Shown: positions 24,801 to 39,800 of the stretch, piece after piece | How positions within the stretch are numbered: the first letter of the stretch is position 1 | How the letters are laid out: each line of letters opens with the position of its first letter | From: Lytechinus pictus | Taxonomy: Eukaryota | Assembly: GCF_037042905.1 (NCBI RefSeq) | Contig: NC_087245.1 | Span: 16,556,001-16,620,000 of the forward strand | Reading direction: 5' to 3' | Length of the DNA: 64,000 bases | The notes under the pieces: generated by a model | Seen by the model: only the letters and a program-made list of their open reading frames with translations | Databases searched by the model: none | What the model was told of the DNA's origin: nothing | Translations under genes and position numbers: made by a program

Positions 24801-27800
24801 GTACACACAGTACCGAAAGAGCCGCTATGGTCTCCCACTCCCAGGTAGGTAATTTTCCATTGCATTACACTGCTTACATTTGTCAGTTGTAGGTTTGAAT
24901 ATGGATCAAATCATAATAAAGCATAACTGATATCACTACTTCTTTTTTTTTAATGTCACATAACCAATACCAATTTGATATATGAAAACAAGACATGAAA
25001 CAGGCCCCGTCTTGCAAAGAGTTACAATTGATCCAATCAATCTCAACTGTATGGAAATCCATCCATATCATAATTTTTTCTACTGGAAATTATCTCAATC
25101 TCCTTAGTAAACAAAGAGAACCACGCTGAATCTTCAAGGGAATGCTAAATGTATGAATATACATCAAATCTAGAAAATGTTTTGAACAAATTTGAATTTT
25201 AGATGTTGATGTTGCTGGTCGTCCATAGTTGTGGTTAATTGGATCAATCGTGGCTCTTTGTAAGACGGTGCCCAGATATACATTGTATGCTTGAAGCTCA
25301 CCTACATGTATGCCATTCAATGCTATACATGTACATCATCACCTGTTTCACAAATCATTTTGCACACATGATAAAAAATGCAAATTACATTTACATCTAT
25401 TGGGCCACTGGTAATACATGAATTCAGAATATAGGGTCATTGCAATCATGCATAAATGTGAGACTACATTGTTCCAATACGGCATTATTTTGGCTTACAT
25501 AACACTACACGAAGATACATATAACTCACCGTGTGTAAAATTGATTGAGGATGATATGAAAAGGTTTAAAACAGTAAAGAAATATGTTATATTGAAGCTA
25601 TATATCATAGACTGTACATGTACATGCAAATATCTACTCCAAAGAAGATGGAATTATGTGAATGGTTTCCCCAATTACTGCTCTGCAAATGGACTTATTG
25701 GCCTAAATTTACAAAGGTGGTTTTGGATCTGTGCTCTAAATCTATAGGTTATGCAGACTGCATGCAGCAATATACAAATAGCGAATAGGCATGAGTGCGA
25801 TGGTGCGAGATTTTGAATGAGGTGAAAGAAAGATGCTCTATTCAATGAGGCGTTAGCCAAGTTGAATAGAGCGTCTCTTTCTTTCACCGAATGCAAAATC
25901 TTGCACCATTGCACGAATAAGAATATTTGCTATTTGTGTTGTACAACGCCTCAGAATTTTGCGAAAATATGAAAAAAACAAAAAAATTTCCCTGCAGTAA
26001 TCTATGAAAAGGGAGCAAAAAAATTGAAAGCGAAAAGCAAAATCCCACAAGCGCAGATGACCTTGGGCAGTATTGCGCATTTAGCCAGCAGGCTTATACG
26101 CGCGTATTACACCTTCATTTTACTGAGCGCAATGAATAAAATCGTATTGTGACGTCACCTCCTAAAGCTGTGCAACGGTACATTTGGATGGTACGTCTTG
26201 TGTGCAACGGTACGAATGTTTGACATTCAACCTCCCATTTGCTCGCGTACAACAAGCTAAGTAGGCGTTGTACAATTGCTCCTAATTCAGCACATACGTG
26301 AAAAACTTTAACTGTCACAGCAAATAATATTCATGCTTCTCACTCAAGTTACTGCATTGCTGAGCCTACCGTTTATATCAAATTTACATAAACAGTGGGT
26401 AAATCAATTCAAAAAGTGAGCTTATGACTGTAAGTACCTTGGTAACAAGAACAAATTAAGGACAATGTAACTAGAGCATGCTTCCTTATCAGGCTTTTTT
26501 CTCAGTATATGAACTGAATATAAACCATAATCAATATATGAAATGTGCATATGGCTCATTCCATGGGGTTGGGGCAATTTTTGTGACATACATGTACCAG
26601 AACTCCAAAACCGTGTCTCAAGTAAAGAAGGCAAATGTATGCATAAAATTACCAGTAAAAAAAATGGCATCTCATCAAGTCTTACTTCTCAAGCATCATA
26701 ATGTATGACAGATTCACACCTGAGAATTTATTGCCAACTTTATGCCAATGTGATGTCCACGTAACGGTGGTAAAACTTTGTATTTGTTTTGCAGCAAATC
26801 CATTAAAGATTCCCAATTTCCAAATGAATTAGACATCATCTTTAAATTGACACATCAAAACTTAACCCCATTTGAACTGATCTTCTCTGTGTAATGAAAA
26901 AGCTGATACCATTGTTACATGGACATCACATGATTTGTTGCCCCAACCCCATGGAATGACCCATATATGATAACTCCAGTTCCAGACAATGGATTCAACT
27001 ATAGGAATATGGGCCATAGTATTCCTGGTCACTATTATCCTGAGGGTAGCAGGCCTCATCAAAACACTTGTCCCCAAAATTTGTCCCAATTGCAATATAC
27101 TGGTACCATAACTTGAGCCAGATATCTGTTCCCATATTTGTCAAAGAAAAGATCTATCAAAGAAAGACTATACTTATTGAAAGTTTATTTGCAACAATTG
27201 CACAAAAAGAGAGGTTACATAGAATAGGCAATAGATTGAGCTATAAAACAGTATTCTTCTTATGAGGCATTTGCAAATGGTATTTAGATTTTGGTCAAGT
27301 TCAAAATGATTATGCAACAAATTGTATGTCCTCCTCGAGTGTAAAAAGGATCAATACATCTACCCCGTGCATCTCATTCACACACTGTACATAAGTGATA
27401 ATTCCATGCGCACTACAAACAGATATTACTTCCTCTGCTAATCATCAATCTAGAGATGGCAATGTTTATGTACTTTTTTTCTAAAACAAATCTACATTCT
27501 TCATCTCGAAAAGGAAACTCGGTACTACAACAGTGCAAAAAATGAAAAGTGAGTGAAAAATCAAAAGTGAGGCATACATACCACAACCGATTTCATCAGA
27601 ATTATCATAGCAATCCTTTCGACCGTTGCAAAAGAGAGTTTCATTGATACATGTCCCAAATGCGCAGTTCATGTAACCGCTAGGGCAATTCTGATCCCCA
27701 CCTGTTTTATGTGTATGAAAGGAAGAGAAACCAAACAGACTTTTAAAGGGGGGTGCCCTCTCAGGGGGTTAGGCTTTTTTTTTTGGGGGGGGGGGCGGGG

Positions 27801-30800
27801 TTGAAGTACTTGTCTTGATTTACATACCAGGTGTACTTCAAAGAAAAATCATGTGAATTTTGGTATGAAACCAGCTTCAGAGCACTAAAACTTAATGCGG
27901 CTATCACTGAGGAGGCTTCCAAAGAAGAATACAAGCATTTTCAACAAGTTATGCAATGAGCCAGGGGCATTGCTATGTCTGTACATACATTATCTTTTGT
28001 TTGGTATCATTGAAGTTCCCCGGCTGGAAATTACCACAAAAACAATAACAAGCTATCTACAGGAACTACTTCAAAACTTTGGAGATGCAAACCAAAGTTT
28101 GGAAATGAATAAAGGTTGGTTTCATTTGCAATGTGTACAGTGCGAATCTGTACATGAACTCTGGATGAACCAAGCATGACCAGAGTACAGTGCGTAGAAT
28201 GTACTGTGAATGTACAGTGTAGCCACATGTAAGAGTACATTGTGCATAGGAGTCACAGACACAACCAAAGGCGGTCAACACAGCCAACAGAGACTATTTT
28301 TTCAATTGGAGAAAACCAAGCATAAGCTAAATGCATCTCAGAAACGGTAATCAAATTCAGGTTGATAAATCGCAGCTATATGTGTCTAAATTATAGCATT
28401 TCATCCTATACTAAGGTGTGTTTCAGGTTTTTTTTTGGACAAATACAAGCACTCATACACATCTTTCATCGTATAGTTTGAGAATTTTTTAAATCAGCTA
28501 TTCACAAAGTGCAACTATCCCTTTAATACTTAATTAACACTGATTGAATCATGTGGCTGGTGTTTGGGCCAACAACCTGCAACAATTGGCGATGGGCCCA
28601 ACATACTGTACATAACACAAAGTCAATTCTGATTATCTTATGTTAGGTGTTGAAGCTGGTGTTGATGTTTGGATAAACACCTTGCTATAACAGGACAATC
28701 CATATTCAATAGCCTCATTTCATGTTAGGCACTGTGGCTGGTGTTGGTGTTTGGAGTAACACCGACACCACTTTCCAGCACCAGACTAAATGCAAAGCCC
28801 TCATATACTTACAGTCGAGTTCATCTTCTCCATTGGGGCAGTCAACTATATTGTTACACACCTTGCTTCCTTGGATGCAACGTTCATTAGAACAGCGGAA
28901 CTCACTCTCACTGCACAGTCGGTATACTGTACATAAACAGAAAGAGAGTTTATGGTGATGTGAGCTTTGAAGGTTTGCTTCGTAGTGAGACTAGGTGACA
29001 AGATTTTGGGTATTACAATGCAAGATAGTTCTAAAAAGAATTGCAGAGTTATCTTTCAGATATATGAAATAATATATATATATTATAATATATATTATAT
29101 AATAATATGATAAAATGATATATATATATATATATATAATACATTTCAATTCTTATTCAAAATTCTTACCATCACTTTGACAGTATCATTTCCGGATTCA
29201 TAGTGCAGATAATGAATAATTCCTGACCACATATGATAATGCACATAATTTTCAAACAATATGGTACATAGATTTTTATGGAACTCACCGCATCCTTCAT
29301 ATTCATCTGATCTATCTCCGCAGTCATTATTGAAATCACATTCCCATCGTTTGGGGATACACTTGTGATTATCACATCTGAAATCTCCTATCGGATCACA
29401 CGTCACTTCAGCTGTTACAAGAGTTAGAAAAAAGTTAGAAAATGAGATGGTACTGCATTGTAAGATAATCTGAAGTACAATTTTATTCAACCAGGAAGTA
29501 AAAAGTAGAAATAATTCTAGTCATCTGGCTAGAAGCATCCCCAATCAGACATGGATCACTCACTGTTAAGTCCTGCATGCACGTCCACACGACTAAATTT
29601 TATTTCTGCATTTAACTTGCAATCTAGATTTTCACTATTACACGTTGTTTCAACCTTATGCCCCCAAAGCTGAAATGAAAAAAAAGCAATAAAACATGAA
29701 AGGGGCTCGGACTTCAGGCAATTTAATCCTAAATACTTGATAAAGCAAAGTAAATCTTGATCTTAAATGCATTTCAAAATTCCAAACTTGTGAAATTAAA
29801 CAAGAGTCTCATAACAAAGAGAAACGAAATATATTTTACATGTATGCTCTGTGACACAGGGTAGCCTCGGCAAACCATGAAAGAGTACATGTACATGTAG
29901 AATGACCATTTCCATTTGTTTTCTTTCTTATCAATAAAAACACATTTTCTTTTTTTTTCGAACATCAATATGACATGTAACACGAACAAGTGAGAAAACT
30001 ATTCACAATATACAGCATCCCTACAGCATCCTAAGACAATTAATTCTGAACTCACTGGGGGACTTATCAGTCACATCTCAACAAAACCCCGTCCGTCAAA
30101 AAACAAAAATAACCCCTGAAGCATTTCATGACATCACCATATCTCATAAACAGGAATAGCAATAGCGATATCAACATGTAACCATTCATACAAAAGTTAC
30201 AATGTCACTGCATTATCAACTGATTGTGAACTTGCCACACAAGCAAAAATGAAGCCAAAAATGTAAGACACGAGTTTGGATCTAATAGTCTATGTTGTCA
30301 CAAACAAAACACAATTCTGCCAGGGTTGGCATTGTTTAAGTTTAATGCCATCATAATGATTACTTACGACAGCCATCTTCATCACTAGTATCAGAATTCC
30401 TGCAATCGTAGTATAAGTTACATCTGAGATAATTTGGGATGCAACGATAGGAATCTTGACATCCAAACCAACCAGGCGGGCATGTTGATTGATCTGGGAT
30501 ACAAACAATAACAGATCAATAAGCAAACTACATAAGGAACATCGAAGAAAAAGTTTATTCGAATATATCAAATTATAATTATTACCCAGTGATAAAGTAT
30601 TATGTTTTGAAATACAGGACTAATAAATTGTTTTCTGAATGAAGTTAACATTCATTTATCTATATTCTGATAGATAGAGGTCCTCAAAGTCTGATTTCAT
30701 TAATTGTAACACTGTATTTCAATTAGCCTATAATCTAGCTTGAGGCTATAAAGGTAAATGATGTCTGATGTGGAACACGACGCTGCAGAATATCTAACCC

Positions 30801-33800
30801 TTGCATCTTGTATACTTCGCTTCTTGCTTTAGTATTAGTTTTATCAACCAGGATTCGGAGCTGCCATCGGATAAACATCAATAAAACCAAAAAAAAACTC
30901 AAGCAAGAAAATGTACAGTGAGTCCAAGTACAAAGGAAACAAGGATTCCCAGCTATTTTTTTTCTCCAAAATTGTCAAATAATTTATGGTATTTCATCTA
31001 CATCATCATGAAATTTTATTTTTCCTCCATAATTAAGTGAAAGATACGTTATTAAAATAAAGGCTCATACATAGAAGAGCAAGAAGAGTAAGAAATTTGG
31101 TCTCAAATCAAAGAAGAAACTTCGCTCCTATTGTTCTTGCCAAATTTGTTATCAAAACTTTTCAAATGCTTGTGATATTTTTCTCTGAAAACAGGCTTTC
31201 TTTCTTCCCCGAGACACACAGTATGTTGCATGATATTTATAACTCAAATGTTAAAACAAAATATGTGGTCACTTTTTGTTCAACGTATGTTAATGGCAGC
31301 AGGCATATCGAGGTGGACTTACAGCATGTTGAAGGTTCATCTGACATGTCTCCACAATCATCATCCAGATCGCAAACCCATGCCTCAGGAACACAGAAAC
31401 CATTGGCACAAGAGAAGTAACCTTCCGAACATGTTGTGTTGGGATGTGCTACATGATGCAAGGATAAAATTCATTCATGATAATAATAACTCTCACTCCA
31501 TCTATGAATTCAATAAGATATCACAAACTACAGTATAATATATTGCAGAAATTTCTCTGCTCTTGGTGGTGACATATAAATGAATTCTATGCTGTTTCAT
31601 AACATGTAATGTTCTGAGAAAATGGCAGATAAACTTTCTTGTATTATAAATGTAATGGCGTTCCCCAAGGCTATATACTTACCACACAACTCTTCATCTT
31701 CATCATCGTTATCAGGGCAGTCTTCATCTCTATCACACACCTCACTACGTGGGATGCACTTTCCACTGTTGCACTTGAATTCCCAATCTTGGCATTCATT
31801 ATTAACTGGATATACAGAGAGGAAAAAAAATGAAGATTTTCAAAGAGATCTTGTTACCCAAATTCCAAATGATGATATTTGCTCTATATTTCACATCGAT
31901 AGTGATAACGATTCACCTATAAAATTATAGGGACTTGATAATTTGCACAAAAAAGACACTTTAGATAAAAAGCAAATGCTGAATGTCATATCACAGTTGT
32001 AAGCTTATCCTGGTCAGTATGTAAATGAGGGAACTAATGACGTCAACACTGAACCTTCCCTTTGTATTTTATTATATACATGTTAATAATAAATAAAATG
32101 AATATTTCATTTTTTCATATTATGTAATAATTAGTTTTATTCAACCTTAAAACATATGGAATAGCCATAGTTCAACCTTTAATGACCCAATGAAATTCTT
32201 CCCTATAGTCAAATCTGAAAAACTTGAAAAACTGTATAATTTAAGCAAAGAAAATGCAAGTGTGACATCATCAACTTTCTCATTTTCATATCACTGTGTT
32301 GTGCATATACAGAAACTTAAGCAAAATTTAAAACTCTTGTATTTTTCTCTTTTTTTTCATTTGATACTGACACAATTTTCAATGTCAAGCTCAATTTATA
32401 TTTCTTCTTTTTAATTTATATAAACTTTTCGTTGGGGTGGACTTCCCCTTAACACTCATTTTGCTGGGTTAATTCATTTTGTGCATACTGTTACTTGCAC
32501 GTAAACTAATGACACTAAAGCCCAACACACAGTATGCAATCCGATACAACGCAATTTTTTAATAAATCACATTCGGCATTAAATATGAAAGTTCCAAGAA
32601 GAAAAAATTACTTTATTTGAAGTTAAGCATCATGTTAGGGATAATAAATCATAATTTTGCTTTGTGGCAAGCCCTGTTGTCGGAGTAAAGTCCAAAGCGG
32701 CTTCAAGTCGTAGCCGACGATGACGTCATTGTGATTTGGAATTGAATTTGCTTTTATTTCTACAGGGAGGCTCAAACTTGACTGAATTGTCATTTCAGTA
32801 GTCATACCACTATTCTTATCTATGATTGCTAAGATTTTATTGGTTGGAATATTCATATCAAATGTAATGATAATTTATTTGAAAATCGGATCGCAATGAA
32901 TCACATACATGTAGTGTGTACCCGGCTTAAGGATTAATTTGAGATTAGTGAAAGACAAAATACCAGCTTGTGAGTGATGGGCAAAACTATATTTTATCAC
33001 ATTAATCTATTCTGAGCAACCAGAAAGCAAGATTCTTAGTACTAGGAATATTGATATTATAATAAACAGCATAGAAAGACATTTTGCTATCATATGAGGG
33101 AAAAGCCATCCAATATGATCATTACTGTATCTTTAATGATCATTATTATTCATTAGACCATGATGCAATACAGCACAACTTAAGTTTTCTAAATACAACC
33201 TATGGGGAATTTGTCAAACTACGCTCTGGTATTGCACAGGCAAATTATGCAGACCAAAATATGTTATAAATACATTTTTAGAAACACATCATAGAGAAAA
33301 TGATACTTTTTTTTATCAATCAATATCTGAAAAGACATCAAATTAATCAAAGAACGAAAATGGAGAGCTTGTACTTACTGCAGTGTGATTCATCTGTGTC
33401 ATCATTACAGTCGTAATCACCATCACAGAGCCATGGAATAGGAATACAACTGAATCCACCATCACACTGGAACACTGCAGAGTCACATATCCTTTCTCCT
33501 TCTATCGGAACAAAAGAAAATGTAAAATCGGGGGGGGGGGGGTGTTTCTTAAAGAGTTAAGTGTGACTGCATAATCACGGTTAACCATCGATGAGCGTAT
33601 AGTATGACATTTTAAAGCAAAAAACTCATTGATGTATAAACATGCCTTAGCCCATATCCCCCGGCAAGATCTGACCCTAAGCCCTGTTCATTCATGTACA
33701 TGTATGTTCATTCAGCAATACAATATTGCAGTATTTGAGGCATACATGTATACTGTATGAACAGGGTAAAAGAGGGCCGGGGTTCATTGAATGACCTTAA

Positions 33801-36800
33801 TCATGCCATTGAACATTCATGTTCATGCAGTGGTGTCTACATAAATGAGAGACATATTGTGCTCTATCACAAGAAATTACACTATTCTTTCCATTACTTG
33901 CTTTGTTTGTTAAAGGAGAATGAAACCCTTGAAACTAGCTGAATCCATATCAAAGAGAAAAATCAAAGAAACATATTGTTGAAAGTTTGAGGAAGATTGA
34001 ATGAATAATAAGAAAGTTATGAGCATTTGAATATTGAGATCACTAGTGCCATGTAGATCCTCCCATCGGCAATGCGACCAAGATCTGTGATATCACACAC
34101 GTACAACTCCCTCATTACTTTAGTACTTATTTCACTTATATTCTCACTTTTATAGAGTCTATCACAAGGTTAGGTGTTTTCTTTATGAGATGACAAGTAC
34201 AGAGGTTTCACAAAATTATATCATTGATGAATCGTTTGTCATATGATTAGAATGAGCAAAAAGAGATGTTTTGGGGTATATTTTCAGTGTCCGAATGGGA
34301 GAGTTGTACGTGTGTGACATCACAGATCTTGGTCGCATTGCCAATGGGAGGATCTCCATAGCATTAGTGATCTCGACATTCAAATGCTCATAACTCTTTT
34401 ATTGCTAGTCCTATTTTACTCAAAGTTTTGTTGATCTTATTCTTTGATTTTTCTGCTTTCACAAAAGCTAACTTGCTCCAAGAGTTTCATTCTCCTTTAA
34501 AGCAGCACAGAATGGCCTTTAGTAATTAATGACATCATTATTACTATTTTTCTGTCTATACATTTATCCTTCTAATTCATTTCACTGTTTTGTTATTTCA
34601 ATTGTACATATATTTCTTTTATCATGCTCATTCACCCGATGTCAAGAAAAATGAAAGTCAAGAGGTTCTTACCGGGGCAGTTCCTTTCATCCTCCCCATC
34701 AGAGCATTCAGCTTCTCCATTACACTCATAGAACCAAGGGATACAATCGGCATCGGCAGAACAGTGAAACTGACTACTGAGGCATCTCTCCACGCAGATA
34801 CCATTATCATCCATCTCATAGTTATCAGGACACAGGCAGGTATACCCTCCACCCGGTGCCAGCAAACAAAGATGGCTGCACCCTCCGTTGTCTGTTCCAC
34901 ATGGGTTCACAAGCTCTAGGTAAATTGATTAGAGTCATATGAATTGATTAATTTATTACCAAAGTTTTTGTTGAGACTTATACTGACATTGGATGAAATG
35001 AAAAGTACTTTGAATGCATCTGTAGGACATTGCTATAAAAATCAGCTGTCCCAGTAAACTGGGCATTGTGGCATGCACCCGTAGTCCAAGTGTGCCCCTG
35101 TAATCTATCTTGTTTCTCGTTGTTGATTATTTAACTGAATATGGTACAATAAAATCTTAACTTTGGAATGGACATCATAATGTTGTTAAGGTAATTCTGT
35201 AAAGCATGTACATCCATCCCCTATAGAAGGAACCGTCTGGAAATTATTTTTCTCAGTTTTCTACTTCATATCAAAAATTCAAATGCTCTTCAAACATCAT
35301 GGCTTGACAATTCCATGAAATAAATGATGGAAAACAGGGGTCGGATGTACCAAAATGTGGGTTTTCATGGCATTGATCTACATTGTAATTACCTGTATCT
35401 TGAACTAAAGAATGATAGACGGCGAGATCAAAGGGACGATGATACATGCCAGTAACAAACTCCTCCTCGTACTCTCCAGTCAACTTGTGAGCCCTGTAGA
35501 TCTTTTTGATATTCCATTCGGTCCAGTATACCCAATCATCAAACACAGCAACACTGAATGGATGGGCGATCCGATGTACAACATCGTCATTCGCAATCTC
35601 ATGGATATTGTTGCCATCCAAGTCTGCAAACCTGCAATGATTTTAGTGAATTAACTTTAATAAACTTGAGTATGACAACATTCAATTTTCTATCATGGAA
35701 GCATGCACTCGATTTCTAGAAAGTAGTGTGTTCTTCAACAGACACACAAGATGACCTTTACAAGTTAGGTGAGGTCATGATGTGTAAAGGTGAAAGAGTA
35801 TATAGATGTTACAGTTCTCTATCATCCCGAGTTTGCTCAATCTTGAGGTATTAGTCTGATCAACACTGTCATAATCGCAAGATTCATTCCAAGAAAAGGG
35901 TTCTGGCTTGAGAGTAGAATGTGAGCTTAGACAGAGATGTCAAGTTCAAAGACCAGTGATGCATGGGATTTTCAACAAGAGATCTCAGCATGATATTACA
36001 AGGCATTGTGTAATGTAAATAGGGATAGGCTGTGGTACAAGCACGAGTAAGAGCTTTGGGGGGAGTGTAGGAGTACCTACAGTAGGAGGAGTTTCAAGCC
36101 TAATGCGTAAGACTTGGCTAGTCTGGCTTACCCTTTGGAACATGCACACTTTGGAACTACCATAAGACATAACTCTAATATAACGCTAATACTATCATAA
36201 TTTAAAAAAAAATTCACAACACACATAAACAACTTACGCGATATGATCAAGATGCGCATCAGTCCAGTAGATTCTATCAGCAGTATAATCTACAGTGATT
36301 CCGTTAGGCCAAGCAATGTCTTTATTATGTATCTCAATAGCGTTGCTACCATCCATTCCCATACGTCCAATGTACGCCCTCAGTCCCCAGTCTGTCCAAT
36401 ACATATTCCTGGTGAAAGACATCAGAGAACACTGAGACATATTAATCTATCAATGAATTTCATAATAGAAAACAAAAGTGAATAATAACGTTATTACGTC
36501 ATATGGCAAAATAACATATCTCTCGTCATGTTGACATTTGATAACATTATTATTTTTCACATGGCAAGATAAATCATTGCACCATCTTGACAGCACTCTA
36601 AAGCCTCCATACATATCAAAGAAGAGAGACTCTTTACTATTGGTGTCAAATTTCTGAATAAGACATTCTGAAGAATTGTGAAATTCATCTCTGAAACGGG
36701 TTTCTTTTTTTCTGGGACGCACTGCAAGCAGACCTTGTAATATTATGTGATAATACAGTGCACAATCTTGTAGAATTCATGTTAAATCAAATGTATGCAC

Positions 36801-39800
36801 ACTCACATCTCAATCCTTCCAAACATAAATATCACCTAACCCCATGTATTGGAAGACAATATCAATGAAAGGATTTTAGTCACAATCGATCTTCATTTCT
36901 TCACTTGGGTGTTTCATAAAGCTGTTTGTATCTATTGGGCAACTTTAGGAATGACAGGTGTTCCTATCCTGTGGTATGTATGTGCACTAAATTTTCATTG
37001 TTCTTTAGCTCCTCAGTCATCTTAAAGTCTTTCATAACTTAAAGCTTTCAATGAAACGCCCAACTAGTATGTGGCATGGGATGGATTTCAGCTTTCTTTG
37101 GAATGACTAAAGAGAGGATTATATTTGAATTTCTTAATGTTTTGTACATGTCACCAAAGAAACAGACTTTAAATGTGAAAACAAAATTTTTATCAGAATT
37201 TTCTTAAATGAAAAAAAAAAATGGGGACTTTACAGTATGACATGCTTACCCATGTTTTGGATCTACTGCCACTCCTCGTACCTGGGAGAGGTTATTTCGT
37301 TTTAGAACTCGACGATTACTTCCATCCATCTCACACACCTCCAAGACTTTCCTTGGTCGATCTGAAAAGTACACTTTCCTACAGAAAACAAGAAAGAGAC
37401 AGCACATACAAGTAAAAGAGTTAACGAATGCATCATTCTAATTGTACACACACACAAAATGTACATGTAGCCAAATCCATTTCTGATACTAATGCATCAC
37501 AACGGAAAAGGCAAAAGTACATTTCATATTTCCCTTTCTCAATTTCTTCATCTCTCTTCTGAATAATTTTTTTATCTTGGAAATCAGCATCAAAAGATAC
37601 TGGGCCACATCGCAAAACATGATAACTGTCAGAAATGGATTTGAAATAATGCACTATACAAAAATTTAGGAGGAAGTAGGCAAATAAAAATCGAAATAGT
37701 AAATAAACATTTACAAAAGAATTCATTCTTTCTGTATAGTCCCAAGAGCATTCTAGCTTTATCCCTTGTATGATAGACAATATACCTACAGCATACATGT
37801 AATACTGTTTGGTTATTTTACAATCAGTGGCAGCTACCTTAGTGACATGGCTCTTTAGGCAACAGAAATCATTGTTTCTATGTAAATTACAATCGACGTC
37901 AAACATTATGATCAACAGCAGGTTTAACGCAACAGTCCAAGTCCAAGAACAGGTTCTTATCGGGGTCGGAAATTCTGACTCGGAATACATAAGTTTGCAA
38001 TTTTATTCATATGGAAATCTTGATTTTTATTGAATGCTTAGCCATTGATGGCAAAATTTTAGCAACGCTATTTTTTCTTCTATACATACCTTCCAACCCA
38101 ATCCACTGCGAGTCCCTCTATGCTGTTGCCATCATCATCAATGATATCCACTTTGTTTTCACCATTCATATCCATACGGATGATGTGATTTGAAATGACA
38201 TCCGATACAAACACCTGGTTTCCAACCATATCATAGTCCAGTGCCACGGCGAATTCAAAATTAGCTAAGATGGCGGTGTTGGCAGAGGGATTCGATGTGT
38301 CATAGTCTCTGACGTAGTATCGATTTGCAACCAATAGGTGGGGAATTTCTTCAGCTGGAAATGTATCAATGGAAAATAAATTAATTTAAGTAAGCATTGA
38401 AGAGTTTTCAAGGTATCCATTGCAAACACCAATAATCTATTTTGTTCCAAGGGCTACAGCACACTACTTTTTGCTAATATCGTCTCCTCTACTGTTTAAC
38501 CATCAAAACATAACAGCTCTGCCTCTTCCTTCTTCATCTCTTACTCCTTTTCTTCTATCTTTCTCTTTCTTCTCCCCCTTCCTCCTTTCCCTCTATCTTT
38601 GTCTTCTTCCTTCTGATTTTCCCTCCCCTCCTCTCCCTTCATCCTTCCTTCTCATCCTCTTCTCATTTTTCCTCCTTGTTTTCCCTCTATCTTCCTCTTC
38701 TTCCTTCCCTTCCTTCTTTCTGATTTTCCTTCCATCCCTCCTACTCCTCCTTCCCTTCCTTCCTCCTTTTTACTGGGCACGATAACATAAAACTAGGGAC
38801 TTAATTACCATAAGAGTAACTCTAAATGATGAAAATACTATGCCCCATTTCCTTTTCTTCTACTCCTCCCCTTCTTCTTCATCCCTTACCCCTCTCCTCC
38901 GCCTCCTCCTCCTCCTTGATCCTTATCCTCCTTTATATTCTTATTCTTCTTCATTTCCTCCTTTTCCTCTTTCTCCTCCTTCCCCTTCACCTTCCTCTTA
39001 TTCCTCCTCCTTCTCCTTCACGTTTCTCTTCCCCTTCTTGGTCTATACTACACTATAACTCTATAGCATACATTACTTTTTGTTAATAAACAGGATCCAT
39101 CTGGCTGGAGATCATATCCTCTTGTACAGTCACAGCTGTACGAGCCCTCTGTATTCAGGCAGATCTGACTACACACATCAGGAGTCATCGCACACTCGTC
39201 AAAATCTGCAGTAAACAAATTTACACAATCCATATAGTTCATTATTCAGCATGATATTTATACAGAGTTGGTATCTGACAGGCCTTCACTAAAACACAGG
39301 GAATAGCTACCTGAGAAAGGATGATGATAGACAATAATTGTGTGCCTTCTAAATAATATCTGCAGATACATGGCAGAATACAAATGCCCATTATCTTCAT
39401 CATCCATTGTCTTCTTGTCATCGTATACATCTGTAATCATTACCATCTTTATCATTATCAGGATTATTAGGATTATCATCCTTCATCTTCATCTTACTTT
39501 ATTATTCATCAACATTAACATTCGACTATTATCATTGTCATTATGTATCTTATTAAACAGCACTGATAAGGGATAATAACAGATAGGGATTGAGTGACTT
39601 TGTGTACATGCAGGTTGTAAAAATCTGAGCTGTGGGGCCCCACATTCAAGAGGAAACCCTACAAAAATCTCCTTTCTTTGAGAAGCATCATTACATGCTT
39701 CGCAATGAATAATAATACTATTTTCCCTCCATAGCCTACAGTGTTAACCCAAGCATTCATTTGGATGCCTATGACACTGTAGTCATCAATATCATAGCAA

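Noticed and set aside
37433..37990. Longest ORF in the track (185 aa, minus strand)
   Set aside because: Lies wholly within an intron between two phase-compatible YWTD exons; no recognisable domain; composition typical of AT-rich noncoding DNA.
38420..39086. Leu/Ser/Pro/Phe-rich ORFs that look like membrane proteins
   Set aside because: Artefact of the CT-rich low-complexity tract.
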